Translations under genes and position numbers: made by a program | Assembly (NCBI RefSeq): GCF_006345805.1 | Contig: NC_043009.1 | Span: 29,946,001 to 30,010,000, forward strand | Reading direction: 5' to 3' | Source of the DNA: Octopus sinensis | Taxonomy: Eukaryota | DNA: 64,000 nt | Notes under the pieces: model-generated | What the model was told of the DNA's origin: nothing | Database searches by the model: none | What the model saw: the letters and a program-made list of their open reading frames with translations, nothing else | Part shown: positions 22,249 through 37,633 of the stretch, one piece after another | Numbering within the stretch: the stretch's first letter is position 1 | Layout of the letters: each line of letters begins with the position of its first letter

Positions 22249-25200
22249 GAATGCATAGGTATTTCTTTCCGTAGATATAGTGTTCTAAGTAATTATATCG
22301 AGAGGCATACTAATGAGGCAACATTGTGTATAAATGATGAACCTTGTAGAAGGCTACATGTATTTTTTATTTACAAGTTACATTTTATTGTTAATCTCAG
22401 TTGTTGCAGATACATTGAGCATCAAAACTAAGTACACCTTAGTTTAACTTGCACACAACTCAGTATAAATGTTGATCCTTCATACACCGAATGTGCGAGG
22501 TTTATCAGTCGTATTTATATAATTTGCTAAATTTTGAAGATTACAACCAATGAGGGCAAGATGCAGCAATTATATCATTTGCATGAGTTGTGTCCTCAGC
22601 ATATTGTTCTATAACAATGAGACCGGATTAATGTAATCCAGACAGGAGTAGTATTTCAACGCCTTCCATCTGCAAAACCTGTGAATGATTCCGAGCTTCA
22701 AAAGGTGAGATCGTATCACCAATTAAGAAATTCTGACTCACGCGCATATATCTGAAATTTTCATAACACTGCAGCAACGATGCCCCTGTCCGCAGGACCA
22801 CGTACACCACATATCATAAGGGATGATCCCAAAAGTAGTTCCAGATAGCGAATTGGCTTCCGGCAAGAGAGCAAACGCAAGGTCCTAACTTACTTTCAAA
22901 GATATTTGCGAGAGCGACGTGAATTGTTTTTATATGAGAGTTGAAAAGTGCATTTGGGACGCGTTTCTGATAATTTCCATCATGGTAGACAGGAAATAGA
23001 AAATGTTTTTCAAACGACAAGACGTGATGCTGTTGATTACTCATGAAGAAAAGCATATTCTAACAAAACGCCTAGAACACAGCAGCTGGGTGTACAACTT
23101 ACATATGGATCTCGGCAGTCACAGTAAAAGCTATTTTGCTAAGACGAAACTGACACTACGAATGCCTCTTCTTTTCCTATATTATATATATGTGCGTGTG
23201 TGTATAATATATATATATATATATATGCATGTGTGTGTGTATCATTTATTTTCCTTATTTCATGGCCTTTGTATTGTCGGATTTATTGATTATTTATCAT
23301 GTCTTCTTAACACAGTACATTTTTAAATGATTTTTATCTTGAAATATTTATCATTGTTTCAATCAGTTATTATTTAACTCTACGCATTTTAATTCAGATC
23401 CAAGTTTAAGAACTATTGATTGATTAGCTATTAATACATTTTGTACCTAGATATTTAATACGTTTCTAGTCTTATACAGACTTTAATTATCTTATAAAAT
23501 CACACCCCGAAAATACACTGAAGAATGAATATTTACTAGCTTTTCGTTTTGTCAAATTCTCTTTCGGTTCATGTGAGTCAGGGAACCAATCACGGAACAG
23601 CTACAGGACAATTGCACTTTCGACTTAATTTGGTACAGATTTCAATTAATTTACTAAGTTACAATTAATTTCATTCTGATTTTAATCAACTTCACATACT
23701 CAATATTCATAAAGATTTATTAATCAGTAGACTTACTGTAGTAAGCCTCGTTACAACTACTCTTTTGAATTAATGAGGTATGGATTTCAATTAATTTGGT
23801 TTGAATTGCCATTAATACAGTACCTTTTAATTAATTTAATTCTGATTCTTATAGAGATAGCAAACTCTTATAGAAATACTAATCCGTATACCTAACGTAT
23901 TGTGGGATATAAACTTAGTTTTAATACTGATATTTAAGCGATTAGTTTCGAGTTGAAGTTCAGAATCAATAATGCTACTGTGTTTTTCGTTCTTGTTTTT
24001 GCACTACTGTTTACTGATTCACAGCTAATAAGTGGTCGAACGTTTGTTTATTTAACTAATATATTATACACATACCATCCCTAATGATGGTAAAATCATT
24101 TATCTTAATCGAATGTACTGAAAATTACTATGGAATAAAGGGAAACCATACGCGATGTATTTGTAGCCATCGCCAGAATACTGGAATATCACTTAATTTG
24201 ACGTCTTTTTACAGACTGATTTTACTGGATCTAGCGCTGCATTGAATCATCGGAGGTATATGAACGCTCGTCCCTTAACAACAGTTACAATGTATTCATT
24301 ATATATGTTTGTGTGTAAGTGTGTATTTATGTATATGCATTTTATGTGCAATTATTCATTAATTGCCATTTCTCCCAGTCCATTCTGATCTGCAAAGTTA
24401 CTATCTATTTCTCCTCACTTCCGATCTTTGAAGCCACTTTTCGTTATCATAACATGGATAAGTACAGGATTTCTAAAGTTTGTTTCAATAAAAATAGATA
24501 TATACTTTATTGTTTACGAAATCCAAGGTAACAGTGAAAACAACTCGAAAGAAAAATTAAGTTAGCTTATCATTTAACCGGCGAAATTTCTCTTCTTAGA
24601 AAGTTAACTCAATTTGACAACATCGAAATATAAAGGATTTGATTAATAACAAAATTGCCACTCGGATTCACCTTTTCCCACCTCAGAATGAAGGTTGCTT
24701 TATTGCTAAGGTATATTTAAAACTTTGCAACTTGACTTGCAAACAAGATATTCCCATTGCATATCATCCAATCTCTTATAGATTAAATATAATTCTTCAT
24801 TCAATTTTCTGCTTGTTTATTCTTCATCCTTATCGTTGTAATACCTATCATCATTGTAATACCTATTAGTTCGCATGTTAATGGTCGTCAGGTGGTATAG
24901 TATAATGTCGATTAGGTTCACAGACCGATAAACAAAAGGCAGCATAGAAACGGTTATGGTGTTATATTAATTGTAAAAAACTGCTACTTTGGGGTGTAGA
25001 ATGTCGAAGGAGAATGAGTCAATCAGCCAGAATAGCATTTAAATTCACGGATAGAAATTAACATTTATGGGATTCAATAATAATCATATGAAGTCTTTTG
25101 CAAGAAACTCTACTGGCAAATACAGTTTTTTTTTCATTACCCGTCCTTGTCCTTCTCCTCCTCCGTTTGTTATCCAGTTGCTTTTTTCCTCCCTTTCCCG

Positions 25201-25254
25201 CTGTCTATTAAACTTTTCGTATCCACACATTTATATGTGCACACACACGCACAC

Positions 25255-25380
25255 TCAGAAGGCTTTGGTCGGCCCGAGGCTATAGTAGAAGACACTGGCC
25301 CATGTTGCCATACAGTGGGAGTGAACTCGAGTACATGCGGTTGGTAAGCAAGCTACTTACAACACAGCCATTCCTGCACC

Positions 25381-25381
<1 letters not shown>
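25255..25381 (-). mobile_element. SINE family A (5' half)
   Basis: ggctttggtcggcccgaggctatagtagaagacact...ggttggtaagcaagctactt...cacagccattcctgcacc. Confidence 0.85.
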
Positions 25382-25438
<57 letters not shown>

Positions 25439-25859
25439 GCATGTATGTATGTAATTATATTTGTATATATATATGCGCGAGTCGTCTAAGTCTAAGAGAC
25501 AAGAATCCGGGAAAAGATGCACTCGTATGTATGTATGTATGTATGTATGTATGTATGTATGTATGTATGTATGTATGTATGTATGTACGTATGTATGTAT
25601 GTACGTATGCATGTATTACGTACGTATGTATATATGTATGTATGTATGTATGTACGTATGCATGACTATATGTATGCATACACTCACACATGCACACAGA
25701 TTATGTGATGTAGCTGTCATTTCCAGCCAACTGCCCGCCAACACATACTTCCATCTGCCTCCTGCTATTTCTGTCACACAACATGAAATAGATGATTCGA
25801 TTAAAATAGGCAATTGCGGAAGATTTCTGTTTCATGACTGCCAGTGTCGCTGGTAACAG

Positions 25860-25907
25860 TGCTGGTAAAAGAAGTAGTGACAGTAGTAGTAGTAGTAGTA
25901 GTAGTAA

Positions 25908-25938
<31 letters not shown>

Positions 25939-26620
25939 TGTAGTAGTAGTAATAGTAGTAGTAGCAACAGCAGTAGTAGTTGTAGTAAACTAGAAGTAGT
26001 AGTAGCAGCAGCAGCATTGCCTGTAGTGTTATTGAGTGAAATAGTGGTGGTAGTAGTAAATGTTAGCGATGGTGGTGGTAGTAATAATGCTCTTAGTAGT
26101 AGTAGTAGTAGTAGTAGTAGTAACGCAGACGTTATTGGTCGTGGTGATGTTAGTTGTGGTAATGGCGCTAATGTTGGCAATGTCCTTGGGTAATAAATTT
26201 TCAACTTGTAGAAGCTGCCGTTTGAGTAGTACGGGTGGTACGGATGGTTCGATGGTATTGGTGGAAGTGGTTGCGATCATATGCGTTATGTTTGTAGTAG
26301 TGGTATTGAGAATGGTCAGTTGGCAGCGCTGTTGTCCGTTAATAGTGTTGTTGTTGCTTTTGATGGCGTCGGTATAATCTGAGACGTCGTGTAATATTAT
26401 CGATAATGGCAGTTGTTGTCACTATGGTACTATTGTTGGTTTTTGCAATCCTAATGGTCGTTGGGATGTAGTTGCGATTACGGTAGTGGTGTTTTCTAAG
26501 ATAGTGATGGCGTTCGTGGTGGGTGGTGTTTGTGTTTGTTGTAGTGTTCGAAGTCATGGAAGTCGACGTTGACAGCAGTGGTAGACGTTGATGTGTTAGA
26601 TTAAGGAACGGATAACAATG
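25860..26620. repeat. Degenerate (TAG)/(TGG)/(TTG) trinucleotide region
   Basis: Directly visible; source of the poly-S, poly-L and poly-V ORFs. Confidence 0.85.
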
Positions 26621-27057
26621 CTGGTTATGGGCATGCGTGGATATGTGTGTATCAGTCTATGTATTTGTATGTCTGTGTATGCGTAGGAGTCCTCCTGTCA
26701 ATGTAGTTGCGAGTATTTTCGATGAGAGATAATTGACGTATATCCAAATACTGGGGTTGAGGTAATTAACATCTCCTTCGGTCAAAAACTGCAGGGCCAA
26801 AATTGGAAACCAATATAAGTCATTTCACTATCGGTGCAAGCATGACTGCGTGTAAAAATTTCGTTTTGAAACAAAGTAATTTTGGTTTAGTTCCAACCGA
26901 ATGTGCAGTAACTTGAGCAAATGTCTTCTATTATAGCCCTTGGCTGACAAATGCCTTGTGGGTAAATTTGTAAGTTGTAACCTCAGCTAACAAAGAGTTG
27001 AAGCTTGTAAAAATATTTTCTCAACCCAGCTTTACTTGTGGCTGAACAGCAGCAACA

Positions 27058-27425
27058 GTGGAGGCGCAATGGACCAATGGTTAGGGCAGTGGACTCGCGG
27101 TCGGAGGATCGCGGTTTCGATTCCCAGACCGGGCGTTGTGTGTTTATTGAGCGAAAACACCTAAAGCTCCACGAGGCTCCGGACAAGGAGGGGTGGCGAC
27201 CCCTGATGTACTCTTTCGCTCCAACTTTCTCTCACTCTTTCTTCCTGTTTCTTGTCCCCGACTTCCTACGCAACCGCTGAGCCTGGATGCGCATTCATCC
27301 ATCCGTCGATGCTCTCGGTGTCAGGGGCTGACCTGCTTTCTCTTCTGCGGGTCTTACGAATAGCAAACGACCACGTTTCGGATTTCTCCCATCTTGCGAG
27401 CTCTGGGACGAAGACCGTTCGCTCA
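27058..27425 (+). mobile_element. tRNA-derived SINE, head type C with tail Z
   Basis: Same head and body as 13946-14326 up to ctctttcttcctgtttct, then an unrelated tail ending in CAA/CAG repeats. Confidence 0.85.
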
Positions 27426-28850
27426 ACAGCAATAACAGCAACAAGAACGACTGTTGCAGTAGCAGTAGTAACAGTAGTACTAGGAGTGGGACAGATATGA
27501 ATATTAAGAAAGTAAACACATTGTTGAATTTAGTTCCCTTGAAAAAAGTTTCGTGTATCCATTAACAATGAAAGGGTTATCTCGCTTGGCACTTTTAACC
27601 ACAGTTAACCACAGCTGTAATGTAAACTATTCCAATAGTTGTGAGTGTTTCTTACGCAAAATGTATTAAGACAAACTTAACAAAGTGACGATAAGTTTAT
27701 AAAATCATTGAAATAAAATTGAGCAGGATGTGTGCGAAAGATAAATGCGAGCAGTGGGGTGGTGGCTGAAGAAACCTAACTTCTATTATTAAAAGGGTGA
27801 TATCACTCAGAATTGGACAATAAACAAGGAGGAGGAATGAATTGGAGAGATTTTGGAAAAATTGGCGATAATCAACACGAAGCCGAAATTTAGAGAGGAA
27901 TACACGTGGGAAATTAATGGCTTATAGGATTGATTCAATAATGTTTTCTATTTAAACAATAGCACAAATGCTAGTTGTTCAGAGTATTCACTCGATAGGC
28001 TATTGGTCAAGTTCTTCGAAATGGTCAGAAATTGGAACTAGAAATAACTCGATTTGCTCATGTTTATTGAAGATTGGTAAAACATTTGCTCAACTTCGCT
28101 GCAATAAAGTAGAAAATGGCTAATACAATATGATAATGTTTACCAGATTTTTTTCTCCATAGCCTTGGCAATTCATTGCATTATTTTAACTTATTTTGCT
28201 TAACGTTGTAAAGCAATAACAAAGTAGTTTAAAATTATATACAAAGTAAAGAAAAAGCACATTGAGACTTTAAGAAAAACATGTTATTAACTCGAATATA
28301 AGCGAAGAAATCACAAACACATTTATTCATGTTTTTTGTGAATAGGCCAACACGTGCCAATATTGAATATGATTTAGTAAATATAAGAAAATATGATTTG
28401 GTAAATATGAAAAAATAGACTCTATTATATAAGAGAAAGAAATAGAGAATGAGCAGTAGCAGGGGAAAAGGGACGTTGGAGGGTGGGTGACAGTGGAGAC
28501 TGAAAAAAAGAAAATGCGGGAAGGTGTGAGAAAGAAGAAAAAGTATGCAAGTGACAGTGAATTAATATAAAATAATATAGACTTTTAATATTATTGGCAG
28601 AATTTTGCATCTTTTCAGTTTGTAGTCGATCGAATCAACCCAAATCTATGATGTTATAGGACTGGCCAGATGTGAAGTTCGATTTGCTTTTGTTTAATAC
28701 TCTATCGCCCTTACCGTTAGTTTATTTCCTTCCAACTACAACATTATAAGAACAATTGAGTTTTTTTTTTTTTTTGAAGATGAAGGAGAATTTTAATCTT
28801 GCTTATCCAGCATTTGTCCCAATTATGTGCGCTCTGAGTTCAAATCCCGC

Positions 28851-29068
28851 TGAATACCTATTTCTTTACTACCCACAAGGACAAACAAGGACAGACAAAC
28901 GGATTAAGTCGATTATATCGACCCTAGTGCGTAACTGGTACTTATTTAATCGACCCTGAACGGATGAAAGGCGAAGTCAACCTCGACGGAATTTGAACTC
29001 AGAATGTATCGGCAGACGCTAAACACTTCGTCCGGCGTGCTAACGATTCTGCCAGCTCGGCGCCTTAA
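28851..29068 (-). mobile_element. SINE family B
   Basis: acaaacggattaagtcgattatatcgacc...gatgaaaggcgaagtcaacctcgacggaatttgaactcag...cggcgtgctaacgattctgccagctc. Confidence 0.9.
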
Positions 29069-29204
29069 TACCAAATAACTAATGGGCGAGATTGAGTTTA
29101 TGGTGGAATTGAGAAAACTTTGGGTTTACGTGATTTGTGTTGATAATTCTCAAGCTTCCTTTATGTTTTTAGATTTCGTATCTCGTAATTGACTTTCCTT
29201 CTGA

Positions 29205-29370
29205 CAGTATTGCAGCCCCAGCTGATAAAAACAGATTTCTGAAAATGTTTGTAAAATTGAGAAAGTATAAAGAAACCTTGACTAAAATCATAAGAATGTG
29301 GGGTCTCAAGACAACAACTTTTCCTATTATTATTGCAGTACTTGGAATGGTTTCAAGAGGAGCAAGATGA
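29205..29370 (+). pseudogene. R4/Dong-type RLE C-terminal fragment
   Basis: IAAPADKNRFLKMFVKLRKYKETLTKIIRMWGLKTTTFPIIIAVLGMVSRG. Confidence 0.6.
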
Positions 29371-30239
29371 AAATTATATCTAAAAGAATAAAATTAAAAT
29401 TCCGATGCCGAGTAACGGTGATAACCACAGAATGTCAGACGTGACGGAGCATCAATCGGAAAAAACAAAAACATGACTATCACATGAATATTCGTGACTC
29501 CAACATGCTCTAGCATGGGTTAAATGCTAGAAAGAGGGAGAGAAAAAAAGAAAAGAGAAATAGAAAGCGCAAAATTTCTTAAGCAGACTATTCAAAATTT
29601 CCCCAACATAAACAGAAAAAGAAAAACTGCATTTCTCTAATACTGTGAATGGCCACAATAAGAAATGACGATGGCCCTACAGAGAAATATTGGAAAGGTC
29701 TTCGTAATTGTAGACATTTCTCGTAGTGAGATAGAAAAATAGAAGAAAATTACGTACATCCTTTTCAACCCAATAGAAACTGTTTTCGAAACATGAATTA
29801 TGAAAATCTTGCCCACGGTGTGGATATTATTAAGATATGAACCAATATAACGAATAATGAGGATTTTTAGCAATAAGAATCCATTGAATTATACGATAGT
29901 GATTCATGAAGATTTTAGCTAAGGGCTAAATAATGAAGTAAAATAGCATTGTTGGTGTTGTTGTTGACTGTAGCCTCACCAGTGCAATATGTGTATGTAG
30001 GTATTAAGTTTTATACGAGCCTATGTATGTTTTATACATGCATGTGTGTGTGTGGATGTAGGTATATATGTATGCATGTATGCGCATGTGCGTGTATTAT
30101 AAGTGTATTTATACATGTATATTTATATAAGTGTATTTCTGTGGAAGTGTATAGAGGTAATATATATGGGTTGTACTTTTCTTACAATTAAAATCAAATT
30201 AATAATATCCACCTCTACCATTCAATCGCATGTAGATAT

Positions 30240-30605
<366 letters not shown>

Positions 30606-30770
30606 ATCAGAAATAACAGATGTTCAATTAGATACCTTATATTATTCTAACTCTCAAAGATACAGCAGCAACAACAGTCACAATAATGTAATTGGTCTTT
30701 ATATAAATATACACTCTATATACATATGTAATTTGTGTGTGTATATATATATATATACCTCTTTATAATA

Positions 30771-30808
<38 letters not shown>

Positions 30809-31337
30809 CACTCATACATACATATTTTTATCTACTCATCTATCCAACTAACAAGCTAACTCTATCTATTCATGCAAACATATATACGCACATACCTATA
30901 TACATATATGCCTACATACACACATACACGTGCGCATATTTATGTATGTATGTATATATGTATATAACCTCAGGCTGTATATTGCTTTATTGAAGCCTAT
31001 TTTCCGTAGTATTAACAAGATTTATCGTTACTGCAAGTCCCATCTCTATTAATAGCGTTTCTACCACAACTACTGACGCTACCACCTCTACCACTTCTTA
31101 CAATGCAATTCTCAGCAACACAGCCACAGACACTAGTTCTTTGAACAATATCAGTCTTAACACCGTTTTCCTTTTTTTTTTTTTTTATCAAAGCCATTTC
31201 TCATATAATTAATTGCCACTCGCCACGACCATCATTTCCTCAACGTACGACAGCATAAGCACAAAATTGTCACCATCCTCTATTCACTTCAGCATACACA
31301 GAACTACGAACAACAACGTCAATATCCTTTTCTACTC

Positions 31338-31731
31338 TAGGCACAAGGCCCGATTTCTTTCGTTTTTTTTTTTCTGGCGGAGGGCTGTCGCTGAGACCGA
31401 CCCCAATACGCAACAGGTAATTAATTCATCCGAAAGGATGAAAGGCAAAGTCGACCTCGGCGAAATTTGAAATCAGAATGTAAAGACAGACAAAATACCT
31501 ATTTCTTTACTACCCACAGGGGGATAAACACAGAGAGGACAAACAAGGACACACAAACGGATTAAGTCGATTATATCGACCCCACTGCGTAACTGGTACT
31601 TATTTAATCGACCCAGAAAGGATGAAAGGCAAAGTCGACCTCGGCGTAATTTGAACTCACAACGTAACGCAGACGAAATACTGCTAAGCATTTCGCCCGG
31701 CGTGCTAACGTTTCTGCCACCTCGCCACCTT
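31338..31731 (-). mobile_element. SINE family B, long form with internal duplication
   Basis: Two copies of gaaaggatgaaaggcaaagtcgacctcggcg...tttgaa; same layout as 36494-36837. Confidence 0.9.
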
Positions 31732-31898
31732 AGATCAACGTCAATATTGTCACCGCCAACACAACACACAAACACCACCAGCAACGACAACGCTTATCTT
31801 CCGCCACGACAAAAACCAACAACATCACCATCGCACATAACATCAATACCTTGCCACTATAAACAACTCCACCACCAGCAGTAGCAACAGTAACACCA

Positions 31899-32440
31899 GT
31901 GGAGGCGCAGTGGCCCAGTGGTTAGGGCAGCGGTTCGCGGTCGTAAGAACATGGTTTCAATACCCAGGCCAGGCATTGTGAGTGTTTATTAAGCAAAAAC
32001 ACCTAAGCTTCACGAGCTCCGTTAGGGATGGAGGGACCCCGCTGTACTCTTTCACCACGACTTTCTCTCACTCTCTTTTCTTACTTCTGTCACAAAGCAG
32101 AGGAACCATGGTGTAACCCACTATGGTGTAGTAAGAACTTTCAGACCCTAGTCTTGATTGAGAATCCTCTGTACCCCAGGATGGTTCAGCTCTCCACCCG
32201 TTAAAAGCCACCGTTTACGAAATGAGGATAACAGCATAGCTATCGCGCCCGTGCAACCGCCAGTTTATCGCGTGTTGTGGGTGGATCTTAAAACTATCAC
32301 ACGCATTCTTAGTAGCTTAAAGTAGGCTCGAATTATAGATTATTCATCGTGGCTAATGGCGTGAGTCCTGGTTGGAAGAAGAAGAAGAAGAAGAAGAAGA
32401 AGAAGAAGAGAAGAAGAAGAAGAAGAAGAAGAAGAAGACG
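31899..32440 (+). mobile_element. tRNA-derived SINE, head type C with tail W and a (GAA)n end
   Basis: gtggaggcgcagtggcccagtggttagggcagcgg head; the tail differs from both other head-C copies. Confidence 0.75.
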
Positions 32441-32499
32441 ACGACGACGACTGCAACACCATCGCCAAAACCGTCAATAACTTACTTGCTTACAGCTGT

Positions 32500-32960
32500 C
32501 CTTCAACGAGAACGTTGTCCTTTAGGATTCTTATCCTACATATTCTGAGTTATAGACGTGAAAACAGTTCGATCCTGAAATGGCAAGCGAAGTTGCCCGT
32601 TATGGTGTTTGTGAGTTTGAGATGACACTGATGTCTCTTTTCCTCAAGTTTCTCACCGCGGATTAGTTAAAAAATAAGGTCCCCCCACCCCACAGAAATT
32701 CTCCACCAAGCAGGTATCTCCAGCGATGAAGCTATCATTCAAAGTCGTCTTCTAAGATAGGTCGGCCACGTTATCAGGATGCCTGTTAGTCATCTCCCGA
32801 AAATGGTGTTCTTCGGAGATCTGTTAAACAGTGACCCCCCAAAAAGAGGTTCAGGGACCATTTTAAGCTTGTCTTCAACTCCTGTAACATTTAACCGACA
32901 CAAGTGCAATACTTTGCTCCGAACCGGCAAACCTGGCTCTCTATCTGCGACGAAGGCGCT
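32500..32960 (+). pseudogene. RTE-type LINE reverse transcriptase C-terminal relic
   Basis: EAIIQSRLLR*VGHVIRMPVSHLPKMVFFGDL matches the RLRWxGHVxRMxxxRLPKxxFFGEL pattern. Confidence 0.65.
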
Positions 32961-34381
32961 GCACACTTTGAATTAATCTGGTGTTAACACAACTACCACC
33001 ATACACTAACCACTTCACCATCAATGCCACCATCATCATCACCATCACCAACGCTGTCACCATGAAGAACTCATAAAAACCAACCCTCTTTCAAAATATG
33101 CATTACAAACGCCGTTACTACTAAAATAAGAACTCAGATGTTACTGGCAAATGCACAGTAAATATTAGTATCAAAGTGTACGTCATAAGACTCGGATAAT
33201 GCAACACAATTTAAGATCAAACTTGCTAATGTAGGATTCTTCAGGGACACTTTTAACGACTGAAGAACGCCAGCTTGAAGCATAGCAGAGGACGGAGAAG
33301 AGTGTAAATAGTTTGGATAAATATCATAAATCATTCTTCGCGCAAAGAAGGTGCAACCGTACAAAAAAGGTGCAGCCGTAGATATTGTACGGTCGAAAGT
33401 TTGTTGACCTGAAAGGCGCCCGGCTGTAAGAACACTTCCTCAAGTGCTATAAGGAAATGTCCGAAAGAAATCGGTGAAATCTATTCTACAGATTGATTGC
33501 CGTTTGAAAAGACACAGGTGTACACAAACATATATATATACTTATGTATGCATGCACATATATATATAAGTGTGTGCGCGGATGTGTGAGTATGTGTTTT
33601 CGTGTAAGTATGTATGCATACATGCGGACAAGCAAACACACGCCTAGAACACACGTTTACGCAACCGTACAAAAATATATAAATATGTATATCAACGTGC
33701 TAGTATTAATCTGTATGTGCGTATGCCTGTATGTGTATATGTGTACGTAAATACGTATGTGTATGTGTGTGTGTATGTGTGAAAGAGGGAGAGAGAGAGA
33801 GATACTAAGAGACACAGAGAGTATAAATGCGCAAATTGTATTATAACGGAAAAGAACATATAGCAAAAAAAACGCGAATATAACTTAACAACAATAAATG
33901 GGAATACAAAAACAACAGCAAAATCGCAGAAAAGAAAGGCAGGAATGATAGCAATAATAGTAAGGAGGAGAACAGCCAAATATATAGTGATTTATTGTTT
34001 CTATGTTATTAGTATTGAAGGAAATCAATGCCAAAGCTTACCTACACCAAATTCTTCCTTGTCAGTTCTTCAAGTGGAACGATCGCCAAATTGCCTTTTT
34101 TTTTACTCTCACCAATCTATGTTCTTTGCTTCTACCAGAGTCTCCAATATTCATGCTGTATTGCACATTTCACTCTCTTTTCGTCTAAATCTTCAGATTT
34201 TGATTGTGTGTGCGTGTGCGTATGTGTGTGAGCGTGTGTGTATGTGTGTGTGTTTGTGTGTGAAGGAGAAAGATCACAGTTAGTGAACACCGGATTATTG
34301 TGAATGTGTTTACACACACACAAACACACACACAAAAACACATGTATACACAGAAAATACACGCACACGCATTCATTCACA

Positions 34382-34446
<65 letters not shown>

Positions 34447-35079
34447 TAGATATATATATATACATACATATATATATACAAATATATATATACATATATA
34501 TATATATGTATAGATATATATATACACATATATATATATGTATATATACATATATATATACACATAATTATACGCACATATGTGTGCGTGTGTGTATGGG
34601 TGCACGTGAGTGTCTGAAGGTAGGTGTGCGCCAGGTTATAAGAAAATAAAAACAATTAACATAAATTTGGTGTTGAAATATATTACTTGCATATGAGACA
34701 GCGAAAATAAAAAGGAAAGGCAGGTGTACTGCAACTGTGGCTTTATGTACATACATACATGCATACTTGCATACATACATATATATATATGTATGTATGT
34801 AAGTATGCATGTATGTATGTAAATATGTATGTATGTATGTATATATATATATATATATTATATATATATGTATATATATATACATATATAAGTGTGTGTG
34901 CGTGCGCGTGTACATATACACAAACACATACACACATAAATATCCCACGTACCCCGGTGCATACACATGCACACATAGATGTATGTACACATTTACAAAT
35001 ACGAATTTTTATGTACATGGAAACATACACACTTGCAAATATGCATATCTTTATGTTAACATATACATGCACATGCACG

Positions 35080-35158
<79 letters not shown>

Positions 35159-35242
35159 GTATATACATTTATAATATAGATATATACATTTATAAATATA
35201 CATTTGTATATATGAATGTATATGTCAATGTATATATATATT

Positions 35243-35298
<56 letters not shown>

Positions 35299-35447
35299 CA
35301 CACTATATGTGTGTGTGTGCCCGCGTATATATGTCTATATATACATATATAAACCTAAATACATACGCATACACATATTCGTATATATATAAACATATAC
35401 TTATAATATATATTTACATACATTACATACTCATATATGTATATATG

Positions 35448-35486
<39 letters not shown>

Positions 35487-35822
35487 GATAGATAGATAGA
35501 TAGTCAGACAGACAGATGGGTGTATGGATAGATAGATAGATGGATAGATAGGTAGATACACACATGCACACACGTTTGCATGTGTTCATGTATGTTACTA
35601 TCAATACACTTTTGTTACGAGAGTATATGTATATTATGCATGTATAATCTCAATATGTATTCCACGAGATGTTTAAGCCTGTTATTTATATGTTTTATTC
35701 CAACACGTTTATTTCTGTGTGTGACTGTTTGTATTCCCTTCTGAATATCTCTCACTTCTCTTCCTGTCTTCTATATGTTATACATACACGCTCAAGTCAA
35801 AATATGTATTTGTACATACAAG

Positions 35823-35877
<55 letters not shown>

Positions 35878-36178
35878 TTATATGTACAAATATGCAAATA
35901 TATAGATAGATATACATATATACGTCTATACATATATGCATATATATGTATACATATATGTATATATGTATATATATATATATATTATATATATATATAT
36001 ATACATACATGTATGCGTGTGTGTATATATACATATATATATATACATACATATATATGTGTGTGTGTATTTATACATATAAGTAAAACTTTGTCGGTCT
36101 ATGGGCGTATCTGGATGTACGTGTGTACGTACGTATATATGTATATGTATATCTTTGTATTCTTAATTTGATCTCTAG

Positions 36179-36251
36179 ATCTGCATTCCTATATCTCTAA
36201 ATCGGACACAATCTGCAATAAACCATATTCCCTCTTTTGTTTATGGATATG
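36179..36251 (+). CDS. Candidate internal exon (ICIPISLNRTQSAINHIPSFVYGY)
   Basis: ttcttaatttgatctctag acceptor, G|gtatgt donor, open frame. Confidence 0.2.
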
Positions 36252-36493
36252 GTATGTCTGGCAGAACTGCAGAAATGTGGCCACAGTTTGGAAAAGTAGC
36301 AAGTAGTGCTAATACACTTTAAGAGGGTTATGTCCTGTAATTCATCATCCGAAAATTCAATAAGACAAGTCTGTCGATGTAAAATTGGGTAACGCTTTAC
36401 AAAAATAGCAAATTAACGATATATATACATCCACACACACGCAACATATAATTAGACATATATTTCTGAAATATATTTTCTTTTTTCCTCTTG

Positions 36494-36837
36494 GAACAAG
36501 GCCCGAAATTTTGGGGAAGAGGCCAGTCGATTATATCGACTCCAGTACGCCACTGCTACTTAATTTATCGACCTTGAAAGGATGAAAAGCAAAAACCGAC
36601 CTCGGCGGAATTTGAACTCAGAACGTAAAGACAAACGAAATACATGTTTCTTTACTGCCCACAAGGGGCTCAACAGAGAGAGGACAAACAAGGACAGACA
36701 AACGGATTAAGGCGATTATATCGACTCCAGTGTGTAACTGGTACTTAATTTATCGACCCCGAAAGGGAGGAAAGGCAAAGTCGACCTCGGCGGAATTTGA
36801 ACTCAGAACGTAACGGCAGACGAAATACGTCTACGCC
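36494..36837 (-). mobile_element. SINE family B, long form
   Basis: As 31338-31731. Confidence 0.9.
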
Positions 36838-37384
36838 GCCTACGTATAAAGTATATATTAAATATATGTTTATCTGTGTTTATGTGTAGATGATTTAATT
36901 ATTTGATATGATTCATGAAATATTTTGAGAACTGGATTTAGGCAAAGAGTATCTTTCTTATATCATGAGTATCTTTTTTATATCACCTATAAAAAAAGCA
37001 ACCATCCGATGTTCATCCATCTTACTGAGTAGAAAAGATGAATTCCTGCTCGGTAATGCCTGACGGCTTGTTTGACATAGGAAACAATTTGAGAAGAGGA
37101 GACAAATTTCATTTCATTATCGTGAAGGAATGTTTTAACCATGTAACCATAACATTATAAATTACGTTGGTTTATTCATTTCTTTATACGTTTTAATTCT
37201 GGTGAAATATAAACGATCCAAATTGATAAAGCATATTGACCTGTAATTTCAGTAGTAGGAACTTTGTGACTAAACGCTCAATCTATTCATTCAAAATTAT
37301 AGCCCTTGTTATGGTGTTTTAAAACGTTATACCACTTCATATCCATGAACATATATATATTTTTTTTCTAGTCCCAGCTCAGAG

Positions 37385-37454
37385 CTGCAGCCATGCTGAT
37401 GCACCGCCGTTTAGCGGTTGTCAAGCGATGGCGGGAGAACAAACAGACACACAA

Positions 37455-37493
<39 letters not shown>

Positions 37494-37633
37494 TATATAT
37501 ACGACGAGGTTTTACTGTTTCCGTCTGACCGAGACTATAGTAGAAGACACTTGCCCATCGTGCAACGCAGTGGGACTGAACTCGGAACCATGTGGTTGGT
37601 AAGCAAGCTACTTACCACACAGCTACGCCTGCC
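37385..37633 (-). mobile_element. SINE family A, internally deleted
   Basis: Head ggaaccatgtggttggtaagcaagctacttaccacacagc, internal (CA)/(TA) tract, truncated tail. Confidence 0.85.

Noticed and set aside
22950-22995. Minus-strand GAAACGCGTC, the typical Penelope hammerhead 3' signature
   Set aside because: No CTGANGA core and no helix I partner upstream.
24215-24255. 41-nt segment with a good acceptor and a gtatat donor
   Set aside because: Too short to distinguish from chance and not linked to other exons.
27058-27130. SINE heads as functional tRNA genes
   Set aside because: A and B boxes are present, but the sequences continue into SINE bodies without a closed cloverleaf.
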